64,000 bases of DNA from the NCBI GenBank assembly GCA_951406725.2, contig OX597817.1:6820001-6884000 (forward strand), in the 5' to 3' direction. Below the pieces are notes generated by a model that was given only the letters and a program-made list of their open reading frames with translations, made no database searches and was not told the DNA's origin. The position numbers were made by a program, and so were the translations under genes. Position 1 is the stretch's first letter. Every line of letters begins with the position of its first letter. Below, piece by piece: positions 1 through 12,540 of this stretch. Source of the DNA: Octopus vulgaris. Its lineage: Eukaryota.

Positions 1-99
1 TTATTTTTTTTTTCATACGTGTAACTTCTATCAATCTCTTTTGAAACACACCAATACTGGTTGTGAAGCGGTCGTGGGAGGGAAGCACAGACAAATAGA

Positions 100-1446
100 C
101 ACACTTACACACACACACCTATACAGGGATGACTCTTTATTAGTTACTAAAACCATAAAAAAATATTCCTTAGAAAGAACTAGAAAAGATCTGCATAAAT
201 TCTTCTCTAATCTAAACCTATCTATCAAATTCGAAAACGCTCACGAATCTATTAACTTTCTTGACGCAAATTTAAACTTGTCAACCTCCCAATACTCCCT
301 TTACCACAAACCTAACCAATATCTTAAATACCTTAACATCCCCTCCAGTCACCAAAAATCCACTTTCGATAACATAATCAAGGTCATCTCAACCTACATA
401 TCCGACCTCTCTTCATTGAAGAGATGTTCAATAATCACGCACCATATTATAATCAAACACTCGCCGCTGGCGGCTTTTCTCAACCAATAGAATACATTCA
501 TAACACCAGGCTCAAGAAATACTTATCTTAAGTCACCTCTCAATCGCATCAACCCACACACACACTCAACGATGCAACCCTAGAAGGTCTTACACCTAGG
601 TAACCTAGCCCACACACACACATTCATTTAACACTAGGTCAAAAACAAAAACAACTAAAACAGCTAACAACAACAGGCTTCGCCACTTACATACCTTCCC
701 CAAAAGTATAGATAGCACTCCTTTATCTAAAAACTTAGATAGCTCTACTCCCAGACCACCTACAAAAGTGTCGGACGCTCTATTATGTGGTACACACCTC
801 CATTCTCACTTAACGTTAAGAACTTGGCTAAATCCTTCTTTAGAATACTAGACTCCTACTTCCCCCGACAACACAAATATCATTCTATCTTTAATCGATG
901 CACCCTGAAACTATCTTATTCTACCTCATCCAACTTCGAATCTATTGTAGCTGACTCTAATAAGCAAAAGTTCTCTCTTTACTATAAAATCTCACATAAC
1001 TACAACTCTAGTAATACGAACACTCAATACACAAACAGCTCCAGCACAGATTCCCTTGCATAAAACCACAACAACAACCCAACCCATCCTACTGACACTG
1101 TCCGGAATACCACCACAATCTCTAACACCCTTACAAATAGTACAATTAATAACAACAATAGTAATAATAGTAATGATGGTAATGATAGCGTTAATAATAC
1201 TAAAATTTGGATTTTCCTAACCCCTTCTATAACCTCTCCTCCGACGATATTACCTCCTCTGTTACTGAACACAGTCCCCAAAATTCACCTAATTGCAATT
1301 GCCGTCATGGAACCATCTGCCTGTTACAAACCCATTGCATAAGATATAATGTAATTTACAAATGCACTGTCCTTTATCTCTTACACAAATCTGCAGCTAT
1401 ATACAGAGGATCATTAATGAGCAAAATAACAGTCGAAACTATGTGA
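100..1446 (+). mobile_element. Decayed Penelope-like element: RT C-terminus, linker and start of GIY-YIG region
   Basis: Broken ORFs give YRDD, INFLDANLNL..YHKPNQYLKYLNIPSSH (PLE RT thumb), WYTPPFSLNVKNLAKSFFRILDSYFP..HSIFNRCTLKLSYS (WFNPP-type linker) and CNCR..CLL..C..YNVIYKCTV (Cys-rich lead-in to GIY-YIG); frameshifts and stops. Confidence 0.8.
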
Positions 1447-1485
1447 ATAAGTCTATTTAGAAACGAGTATTTCAAATTCAGGTGA

Positions 1486-1524
<39 letters not shown>

Positions 1525-1530
1525 GTTCAG

Positions 1531-1662
1531 GTCACTGCTTCGAATAGAAATAGGGGTCAGTAGCCCTGGGGCTCTTAACCACTACGCCACAGGTATATGG
1601 CGTAGTCTTTAGGAACGCGGGCTACTAATCCCAAGATTCCGAGTTCGATTCGAAGCAGTGAC
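1531..1662. repeat. Head-to-head inverted pair of tRNA-derived (SINE-head-like) units
   Basis: 1531-1589 is an imperfect reverse complement of 1598-1662 (ends GTCACTGCTTCGAAT / ATTCGAAGCAGTGAC); A-box-like TGGCGTAGTGG and B-box-like GTTCGATTC. Confidence 0.75.
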
Positions 1663-1689
1663 ATAAGCAACAACAAATATTTTTACAAA

Positions 1690-2730
1690 TATTTACAGTC
1701 CCAGCGATGGATTAGATCTGTAGTCTTCGAATAAGTTTTCAGCAGTATTACATATACCAGGAATTACTATTTCCGACTTTGAAGGAAATGCGTTTGCAAT
1801 CTAGGAACAGGACATATCAGCCAAATACCTGAAGCATAAAAGGCATAAATATACAACAGTGCGCTACATATACCAGGGCCCCAATAATTACAAGTATAAA
1901 CCTGAACTTGTAATCTGGATAGAGTAACTGTAGATTCCGTAATAATTCAACTCAGGCGTTCTCTATTTCACTGATCTTTAGCCTTATGACAACATTCACT
2001 GAGCAGCTAATATCCACAGCTATACACAGTTCCACTTCTCTATCCCAAATCATTATATCAGGTCTGTGGCGCTTACATTTTCTTGAGGTTTTCAATGGGA
2101 CATTCCAACAGTACTCCTTTTTAATATGAGCGGCTGTGTCTTCTACTATACTATGGGTTCTTACCCCCCCCCCCAGGGTTACCCTTCCAGCTACAACATC
2201 ATATCCTATCGATAGATAATACCGTGATGGTATTTTCAGCCAACAGCTTATGATGTGGGTGATATTTTCGGCGTTAACTCCACAAAGTCTGTATCGCTTG
2301 TCACATTTTACTACTTCACTGCATATCTATGCCTTTTGTGCTTCAGGTATTTGGTTGATATTTTCTGTTCCTGGATCGCAAACGCACTCCCTTCAAAGTC
2401 GGAAGTAGTAACCCGGTTGTTGCTCTGATAGACCGCTTTGATGATCAATGTTACTATCATCTCAGAGCATTCTATTAACATATCCACGCATGGTCTTCTG
2501 CCTTTATACGCTCATCCTTTCAGATGCAGCAGAGTCATGCGACTTCTTTCGGTATGTATTTAAGTTTATCAGACAAGGAATGCTGCTCAAGGAGCTGGCC
2601 TTCCAAGCTTTCAGATCTATGGCTCTGATATCATCAAGCGTCCAATCAAGCAGACGAAATATTGGTATGAATACTACCATTGCAAACACATTGTGGACCA
2701 CTGTTTTATTGAAAGCAGAGAGGTCTTTAT
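1690..2730 (-). mobile_element. Decayed R4/Dong-type (RLE) non-LTR retrotransposon, 3' part
   Basis: Minus strand gives HNVFAMVVFIPIFRLLDWTLDDIRAIDLK, the zinc-knuckle remnant YRLCGVNAENITHIISC..SRYYL..YDVVA (~2185-2300) and downstream RLE-like remnants. Confidence 0.75.
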
Positions 2731-3114
2731 TCGGCTATAATATTCTTTAGTGCCTCGTTTTTGTGTTATAGGTGCCATTCTAATATATGTTTTCATATGT
2801 ATATATGTATGTATGTATGTATATTCATATATATATATATATATAAATCAAAAATAAGGGTGAAAAAATTGGATATTAATTTAATAATACCATCAATTTA
2901 ACACGAAGTGGTTTAGTAAAATTGCATAATCTATTAATAGCGAAACAATTGTCTAGAATTAATCTACATTTTTGTTATTTTTCATTTGTCCTGCTCGTTT
3001 ACGTTCATAGTTGTGCTAATTCTCCTTGGAAACAATTCTTGGGGGGTGAGACCATAGCGGATCTATTTTTAGCGCAAGAGTCGACCACATAGTGGACACT
3101 CTCTTATATTTGTG

Positions 3115-3146
<32 letters not shown>

Positions 3147-3158
3147 TATAGATATATG

Positions 3159-3220
<62 letters not shown>

Positions 3221-3715
3221 TATATGTATATATATATATACATAGGCACGCATACACATACACATTTATCTTGTCGGTTTAACAATGAATACTACACGAC
3301 CACCGCTGCCACCACTACCACCAGCACCACCACCACCAACAACAACAGCAATGACAATAAGAACTTTCGTTACACCACACACTGTATTGATTAAAAGACA
3401 AGTGTTTCGGGATGAATGTGTTGTAAAACATTTTGCCGTTATTAAACATTTATTGAACGGGAGAAGTCTCAACCCCAAATAACGTAATGCAACATATAAG
3501 GAGGCCTATCACTTTTACCAACTCATCGTTTTGGGGATGCGAAAAAATCTGAATGACAAAAAATATGAAAGAAGAGGAAAGATGAGAAACTTCTGGACGC
3601 TAAGAATGAGAGAAAAAAAATTGAGAAACTACTTTACGTTAAATGTATTATTTGTACACTGAAATAGAACATATTTTGTATTAGTGTCCTTGTGTATATA
3701 TTTTTTTCATTTTTT

Positions 3716-3741
3716 AATACATACATACATACATACATACA

Positions 3742-3819
<78 letters not shown>

Positions 3820-3841
3820 CATATATTTATATATATATATG

Positions 3842-3903
<62 letters not shown>

Positions 3904-3932
3904 TATATATAAATATATGTATGTGTATATAA

Positions 3933-4008
<76 letters not shown>

Positions 4009-4080
4009 GTATGTATATGTATGTATGTATGTATATGTATATACATATTCATATATACATATATGCTTATATATATATAT
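3716..4080. repeat. Compound (TA)n/(TACA)n microsatellite
   Basis: Seen directly; source of the YIYI pseudo-ORFs. Confidence 0.95.
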
Positions 4081-4668
4081 TCAAATGATATGCATATATA
4101 TTTACAGAAATGTATATACAAACTCAAAGTCACACACACGTACACGTGTGCGCGCACACACATACACGCATACGCATACACACACGTGTGTGTTAAAAGG
4201 CAAAAAGTCAATCTTATGGCATCTGGGAATCTTATTTTAGTGAAAAGTAGTTGCAAACCTTAAGAAAAGATATTCAACATCCTTAAGAAAGTTTGATGCA
4301 ACATTTACTATAGTATATTGTAGCATTTTACATTGTTTTATTTGTGAATTTGTTTGATTTTCATGTTGATGTCAACCTCGACAGACAGGGCTGTAGCGAT
4401 GAGATGAAACACACGGCAGATTGCCAATAATACCATTAATGAAGCTCTTTTTTCTCCGATAATATTTACCCAAGTAAGCCACGTAACATTTTTTTCAGAG
4501 TAGAGGAATCAACCGTGAAAATGATATGAAAGAAGATGATGCGAGATGTGTAAGTGTGTCTGTATATGTTGCAACTGGTAAAATTTTAATTCCATTCGCA
4601 GACACACGTATGTGCTTATATATTTGTGTATATGAACTGACAATAAAGTGCAATCAGACAGTAGCCCT

Positions 4669-4709
<41 letters not shown>

Positions 4710-4825
4710 TTGTGTGTGCGTATTTTACGTGTCTGTTCTTCTGCCTATGCAAGGGTAAATTTAGCTACATACATGTATACACACAGAGACATACTCACAC
4801 AATCACATGCATGCATACATACATA

Positions 4826-4990
<165 letters not shown>

Positions 4991-5009
4991 AGAATTACTG
5001 ATTTCAAAT

Positions 5010-5112
5010 TTTGGCACGGTGCCAACAAATTCGGGGGTGGAAGCAAGTTGACCCCAGTTCTCATCTCGTACATTTTTACTCGACTCGGAAGGCAAATTCA
5101 ACCTCGGCGCAA
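5010..5112 (-). mobile_element. Fragment of Nin-domain tRNA SINE
   Basis: Degenerate match (GACCCCAG..GAAGGCAAATTCAACCTCGGCG) to the reverse complement of the copy at 53468-53683. Confidence 0.6.
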
Positions 5113-5239
5113 TTAATAGAGATATATAACTATTTTCGTAGACCACTGTTTCATTTCTTCAATATTTATACAATCTTCAAACACAATGTTAACAAATAAA
5201 TCCTTTAATGTTAACACAATAACTGTTGATGTTTAGTAC

Positions 5240-6660
5240 AACAATATCGGACGTTGCTACTCGTGGGCCGTCTTATGTATATCGTGTAAAGAATGCTGGT
5301 TCTATTTAGCTGTTCTGCTGCTCCAGGTATTCGTATAGAAAATCGATGTTGTCGAACCCCCTCCTGTATAAAGGATACTTTTAATACAAAGTATTTTGCT
5401 TCGATATATTTAGATTTTAGGTCTTATGTTATTGTTCCATTCTATATCGATATTTAATTTCTTCATGTTTCCTTACTTTTTTATTTGGCTTAATTTTCAA
5501 TATTTCATAGTATTTTCTTGTCCAATATATTTTACTTTCTACTATTGATAATTGTTCTTTCTCTTTATCAAACCCCATCGCTACCGTGAGCGTGAGACTC
5601 GCACTGCGATTATATTAGTCCCCGTTTGTGGCATCGTAATGCTTTTAATATGTTCTGTGAATATTTTCTTTATTATAAACTTTTATATTTGCAGTTTATT
5701 ATATCAGCATCTCAGCTTTGAACTGGAATGGCTAATGTGTTTTCGACAAATGATCCTCTTTGTATTATTGAATTCAGTTTTAAATTTCGCTTTCATTTTT
5801 TGCAACACACTTTTCTAGATTTTCGGCTTCATACTTTGTTTTATCTTATTAATTTTTCTAATCAATTTTTTGTTATAGATGGTTCTAGATCTGTCTTATT
5901 ATTTTCTTATTTGTATTGATTTAATTGTTTTAATTTCGTTAAATATAATTGTACATTAAAAGTATATATTCTTGTTTAATCTATGAAAACGCATTGTTTC
6001 ATGGATTATTGATGATATATATCATTTGGCCATCCATGTATAGGGGATGATGTTTTATAGCTTTTCCGGATGTTGATAACCGCTGTGATATAGAGTTACA
6101 GTGAGTCAAAAGAGCATAAGGGCCGATGGGTTTCATGATAAGATTACCCATCTGATAAGTATAGGGCTGGATTAAATTACTTTCAACTTGGTTCTTGTGA
6201 TATAAATTTTTACTTTCATTTTGATGAGGTATAGTTGATACATTTTGTTTACATGAAGAATGGACTCATTTTGTAGAATTTCTTAATATTCATGTGTACA
6301 ACATGCAATCGAATGAATCTTATGATCAACCCATACAACTGAAAGTTTTGTTTTACACTCCTTGATAATTTCTATAACAGCTCAATTACCACCATACAAA
6401 GCTTTCCAGTATTCTCTCTATTATTACGGTAATGTTTTTATTGATATTGGGTGAATGTATGCGTTTAATATGTCTTGCAAGCAAAGATACGGACATATAG
6501 ATTACGATATCTGTTACGTTTCTGATGATTCACGCAAACAGTGTTGTTTTCCCTGCCTGCAGAAATTCAGATGCTGATACTCTTTTGTATAGCGGAATAT
6601 GAATGCTTCATACCAACGTGTACCGTTCAGTTGTTCTAGATGTTTCTGTATTCTTGTAAA
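5240..6660 (-). mobile_element. Heavily decayed R4/Dong-type LINE reverse transcriptase
   Basis: Minus-strand remnants in the expected order: GKTTLF, LSVVWVDHK (cf. LSxAWIDYxKAFD), PILIRWVILS*NPSALMLF (cf. IxRGIFQGDSLSPLLF), PLYMDG at ~6030-6045 (cf. LLYMDD). Confidence 0.65.
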
Positions 6661-7394
6661 TCTGCTAATCTAGATGTGTCCGAGTGCGCTTCTGAGTGGT
6701 TGTATGTGTGCACATGTGTGCATGTGTATCTCTATATGTGTGTGTTTATTAATATGCCTTGAAGTCAGGAAAAGATTTTCATGCATTTCGAAGCATTTCA
6801 ACCTTCACACTCCGAATGCAATATGAATTTAGTCTCGTATTTTGTGACCAAAAAACAACTTGTCTTCATTTTTTAATATTTCATTTTCTAATATTTTGGC
6901 AATTAAGGCTCTCTCTTCATTGAAAAGTCGAATCCATTTTCTCTCCAATTAGCTGCGTAAAAATGGGCCTTTTCTTATTTCTTTTCAATTCTGTGCAGCA
7001 TATTTTAATTTGTTTATATGCTTTGAGGACTCGGTATTCTCTGCCATGGATTTGACCTTCTTAGTATCAAAGGCATTCCCCCACTATAACTCATATGTTC
7101 CTGAATACATCACAAATCAATGTGAGTGTATTGGGATATATATATCCTTCGGATGACTAATCTGAATGAGTGTATCCAAAGTCTTCCGGCATTCAATTAC
7201 ATTTGGTACTTGAATTCTGATTATTCTTATCGGCAGAATTTTCTTGCTAACGGAATATTCGAATTAAAATGGCTAAAAATACAAAGCGTCTAAGGTTTGG
7301 AAATGGATACTAGATATTACGCACTGAAAACATTATGTATGATTTGCGTCAATAACATATCAATATAAAATATATATACATACATGTGAATTCC

Positions 7395-7583
7395 AACTGT
7401 TGCACTTATTTTTCTCTCCTTGTTTCTCTCCGTGTTTCTTTTCTGTGTATCTTTCTGTTGAAGAGCGTAGGCTCGAAACGTTAAATACTTGTTTTATTTA
7501 TATTCCTGAGCGCCATACTAATATAATTTTTTGTTTGTACTCCACCTGCCTTCGTCTTTTGTTTATTTTCATAAAGCTTCCCG

Positions 7584-7585
<2 letters not shown>
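7395..7585 (+). mobile_element. PLE-type terminal repeat with a minimal hammerhead-like motif
   Basis: CTGTTGA-A-GAGC-GTAG-GCTC-GAAA-CGTTA at 7455-7483, followed by a T-rich tail into (TA)n. Confidence 0.55.
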
Positions 7586-7622
<37 letters not shown>

Positions 7623-7624
7623 AC

Positions 7625-7975
7625 TGGGAATTTGTGTCTGTCTATCTGTCTGTGTAACTGCATGTGTGCATCACTAAAACTTGAGAACTATCCAATTTCA
7701 TTCGAATTTTACACATGCCATACTTAGGCTATATGCAGTGTGATGAAACAAAAAAAGTTTCAACTTCTTGCTTAATGCGAGTCCGTAGTAATATATTTTC
7801 TTTTACACTATTTCAGTATTTCGTGTCAAAAGTGAAACAATAAGATTTCTATTGTAATTTGAGATAATAAATTTCAATTTTAATACTGTCACTATACATT
7901 CTTCCACTATGTATATAATATATACGCAATGAAACTAATAATTCTAAAAGTATTAAAAGTGAAGCTATAATCTCA
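7625..7975 (+). mobile_element. Probable non-autonomous Helitron-like fragment
   Basis: (CTGT)-type repeat followed by AAAACTTGAGAACTATCCAATTTCATTCGAATTTTACACA, a layout I associate with invertebrate non-autonomous Helitrons; no 3' CTAG terminus seen. Confidence 0.35.
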
Positions 7976-7976
7976 C

Positions 7977-8102
<126 letters not shown>

Positions 8103-8109
8103 ATTTCTA

Positions 8110-8480
8110 TCCATCTCTTCATTTCTGCACGTATTGCTATCCATCTTCTCTTTTATCTCTATTGTCAAAGACAATATTCCTCAAGCGTTCACTACTTTAT
8201 CTCGTCTGGTATATCTCCACTCCATGTTTGTTTTCGTTCGGTTTCCTTGTATGGTTCCAATGTCCTTTTTTGTGACCAGCTTTCACCCTCCGCAAATCCC
8301 ATATTTTATTTTGGTGCGCGGGAGCAACTGCCTTCAAAGTCTTATATTGATATTCAATGCTCGAAATAAGTAGAATGACAGTCGACAGCTGATGAAGGGT
8401 CTTTATATCATTTGTCTTGTTTTCCGTTTGCTTCTCTCGTTGTTTGCGTACCCAACTTTGTTTTCATGTGTATCATCATG
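8110..8480 (+). repeat. Dispersed repeat, copy 1 (homologous to 34860-35185)
   Basis: Shared blocks GCGGGAGCAACTG..TATATTG..ATGCTCGAAATA..CTGATGAAGGGTC in both copies. Confidence 0.65.
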
Positions 8481-8486
8481 TGTGTA

Positions 8487-8536
<50 letters not shown>

Positions 8537-8669
8537 GCATATACATATGTATATATATGTATACATATATATATATGAATATATGTATATGTATATATAT
8601 TATATATATATGTATATATATATATATATATATACATACATATATATATATGTATGTATGTATGTGTGT

Positions 8670-8855
8670 GTGTTTGTACCCTCACCATCACTGGACAACC
8701 GACGCTGCTGTGTTTACATAGCCGTAACTTAATCATTTGGCAAAATAAGTACTGACCTTAGAAGAAATAAATCCTAGGGTCGATTCTTTTGACTAAAGAC
8801 AGTGCTCCAGTATGGCCGCAGTCACATGACAGAATCAAGTAAAAGAATAAAACAC
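8670..8855 (+). mobile_element. 3' tail of CORE-like tRNA SINE
   Basis: Matches tail of 32451-32920 (GACAACCGA.GCTG.TGTGTTTAC..GGCCGCAGTCA.ATGAC..AAGTAAAAGAATAA). Confidence 0.7.
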
Positions 8856-8914
8856 TATTCTATCTTAATCCCGAGCTCCACCGGGCATCTCTGCAAATAT
8901 ATATATATATATAT

Positions 8915-8979
<65 letters not shown>

Positions 8980-9275
8980 GTGAAATAGAAAGATGAATAA
9001 TCTCGTTGCAGATTAATCAAAAGTTTAACCGATACCTTGGTAGCAAAAATCACAGCAGAAGACAGCACGGTTGGAGGTACAACCATATGGTGTTGCGACC
9101 GCTCTGTTCTGTTTTTGTTTTTTCCAACGGATTTCCTATTTCTTCCTGAAGAGAAAGACACAATATGGTCTCATTATTCAATCGGAATGTGGTAAATTGT
9201 GCCTTTCGAAACACGTGTAGAATGAAATAAAACGACTTCTGTTCAATCTTCGTTCAACTCCATTTCTTTAATTCA

Positions 9276-9325
<50 letters not shown>

Positions 9326-9496
9326 CATACACACACACACATGCATATATATTTGTGTATATATATATAGATATATATATATCCAAAAGGTGATTTTCTT
9401 CCAATTTACATAAATATATATATATATATATGCATACGTTAATATATACGTGTGTATGTGTGTGTACATGTGTGTGTGCCTTTGTATGTGTCTGTG

Positions 9497-9525
9497 GAGA
9501 GAGAAAGAGAAAGAGGGAGAGTGAC

Positions 9526-9590
<65 letters not shown>
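9497..9590. repeat. (GA)n microsatellite
   Basis: Seen directly. Confidence 0.95.
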
Positions 9591-9592
<2 letters not shown>

Positions 9593-10748
9593 AAGTGAAA
9601 GTGGTAACCGTTCGATCAAATAGATTTGAATTAAATTGAATTCAACAGCACAGGAACTAAACAACACTAGTGTGAAAACAGTATTTTCTCCGAGCAGAAA
9701 CGACTAGACAAACAGTTTTACTTAATACATGAGCAAAGAGTGAGTTGCCTTATGATTGGCTACGTGAAGCTCTCTGAGTTGCAGGTTATGAAGCCGAGAT
9801 ATATATCAACATCGAGATAAATGTAAAGACAGAGAAACCGATTAGCTGAAAAGTAACGTAAAATATATTGGGAAGGAACGGAATATAAGCTAAGATGGCA
9901 GGAACGAGATGCTGTGAGAGGAAAAAAAAATTCTGAGAAAGTTATATTCTCAGGTTTGAATAAGAATTAGATTTAGATCGTTGCGAGAGAATGTACTTTA
10001 GGGCAAAAAGCAAAATTAAAAAAAAACAGGTTCTCTCTGATTTCATTATCCGAAATTATTTTTTGTTTCTAAATTCAATTCTACTTGTTTAGGTTTTGTA
10101 GATCACAAAATAATTATCAGTACTATTATTAATTTATCTTTGTATTAAAATTTTTAATTTATTGTATGTTTATTCATGTCTTTAATTTTCCTGTTGTTTT
10201 TTTGTGTTAAGTATTATTCTATTATATATAAATTTTTTTTGTTTGTTTCTGCTGCTGACTTTTCCAAAACTTTTTATTCTTTGGTATATTTTATATTTTA
10301 GTGTTTGTGGGCGGCGTCTTTGTTTATAATGTAATATTTAAAAAAGCTGCTTCATATCGATGTTTTCTGTTTATCCACTTATTATTTTTTGTTGTTGCTC
10401 CTGATATAAGCCAGCAATTTTCATTGTTGTGCTGCTAGCTTTGTTCATCTTAGAAATGTTTTTAATAACTATTTCCTATACATTGATTTTCGCATGTACT
10501 CAAAGAATTAGACGAGGAATTATATCTATGGCAAGTTCAGTATAATGTCGCTAAAACAATTTGTTCATATATATGCGTGTTTCCATATATATGCATACAT
10601 ACATATCTATGTGTGCGTGTGTGTGGGGTGTGCATACTTTTATACTAATATGCATTCATATATTTATGTACATATGTATATATATATACATATATATATA
10701 TATACATATATACATATATATATATATATACATATATATACATGTATG

Positions 10749-10827
<79 letters not shown>

Positions 10828-11486
10828 CTCTCTCTCTGTGTTTGTGTGTGTGTGTGCACGCGCGTGTGTGTGTGTGTGTGTAGAAATTGGATATGTAAAT
10901 GCTGTATGTATGATATTTGAAAATCTAGCCGCTACGTCTAGCAATGCCATATATACATGATTTATTTATTTACGATTTTCACTTTTGTTGTTTTGTTATT
11001 AGACGGATGAAACAAATATCTAATATACATAAACATAGGAAATATATAAAACTACTCTTCATGAGAATATAATGGCGCAGTTGAAAATTAATATAAGCAT
11101 AAATAGCAGGCAAAAACTAAAATTTAAGCAGTAGTTGATGTAATTTTTTGTGGAAGAATTCGTATAAGAAATTATTAATGTATATCATGGTTATTGGAAA
11201 TATTTTTTCTTGTTTCTATTTACTCCTGCTTATGACTAATTTTGTTCTTATTGTTCAGCTGAAAATTTATTACATAATATTTCTTTGTTCTGACATATGC
11301 AAACTCACGCTCATAGATTTGTGTCTTTATATTTCTCTCTCTTTCTTGCCATATATATATGTATGTATATACGTACGTATATACGTATATATAAACACGC
11401 ACATATATGAATAACTATATACGTAGAGACATATGCATACATATGTATATGTAAACATAGATATACTTACACACACATGTACATAT

Positions 11487-11677
<191 letters not shown>

Positions 11678-11914
11678 AGAGTTGCAGAATGGAGTAGATA
11701 AGATCCGGGCTACATATTTTTCATAGCGAGTGGAACACAAGAAGTGGTAAGTATCCAGGTGGGGTGTATAACTCTTCCGGCCAAGGATATCTTAATTAAA
11801 TGAAAGTTTACATTGCCACAAAGAGGTACAGGTTAACGTAGGAGAGGGGGATAGAAAAGTAGAGAGAAATAAGTATTAAAAGAAAGAAAAAGAAGTTATA
11901 AAGGAGTGAGAGGA

Positions 11915-12165
11915 ATGAGGAATTTAAGCAAAGTCATTTGACTGGTAATATTCAATAGGGCTGTTTTGGCTGAATCACAGAATTTAGCAAGGGGAGCGGT
12001 ATTTCAATGAAATAATGTGGAGGGAAGAATATGGTATTTGTGATCAAGAGGGAGAAAAATTCTGTATCAAGAAAGTAAGATAGAATGAAGAACTTAAACG
12101 CAGTCATTTAACCGGTACTATTCAATAGGGCTGCTTTGGTCGAATCACAGAAATTAGCTGGAGGA
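11915..12165. repeat. Direct repeat with ~170-bp period
   Basis: AGTCATTT.AC.GGTA.TATTCAATAGGGCTG.TTTGG..GAATCACAGAA.TTAGC at ~11932 and ~12102. Confidence 0.75.
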
Positions 12166-12236
12166 GAGGTATATATATATATATATATATATATGTATGC
12201 GCACCCAATTACATGCATAATATGTGTGTGCGGTGT

Positions 12237-12288
<52 letters not shown>

Positions 12289-12443
12289 GTCAGGTTAATA
12301 AACTCAGATGTAAATGGAAAACTTTGTGGCAGACGAGATTTTTCCGGTCAGGGGGAATATGAGCCTACTCACCTAGCCAGCGCAGTGGCATCAGTCGAAA
12401 TCTAAAACGATGCAAAACTTTATTTTGATCTGCAAAGTTTAAC

Positions 12444-12540
12444 ACATTCGATAGAATGGTATCACCTGTTATAACAACATCCATTAGTATGGTATTACTT
12501 GATATAATAACATCCGATAGTATCGTATCACCTCTTATAT
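12444..12540. repeat. Three-copy 33-bp tandem repeat
   Basis: Units start at 12444, 12477 and 12510 (ACATCCGATAGTATGGTATCACCTGTTATAACA-like). Confidence 0.8.

Noticed and set aside
1598-1662. Functional tRNA gene
   Set aside because: Acceptor stem does not pair, D-arm is degenerate and there is no T-run terminator; treated as a tRNA-derived repeat
3016-4263. Many [12 protein letters not shown] ORFs here and throughout the window
   Set aside because: Translations of (TA)n, (CA)n and (TATG)n microsatellites, not genes
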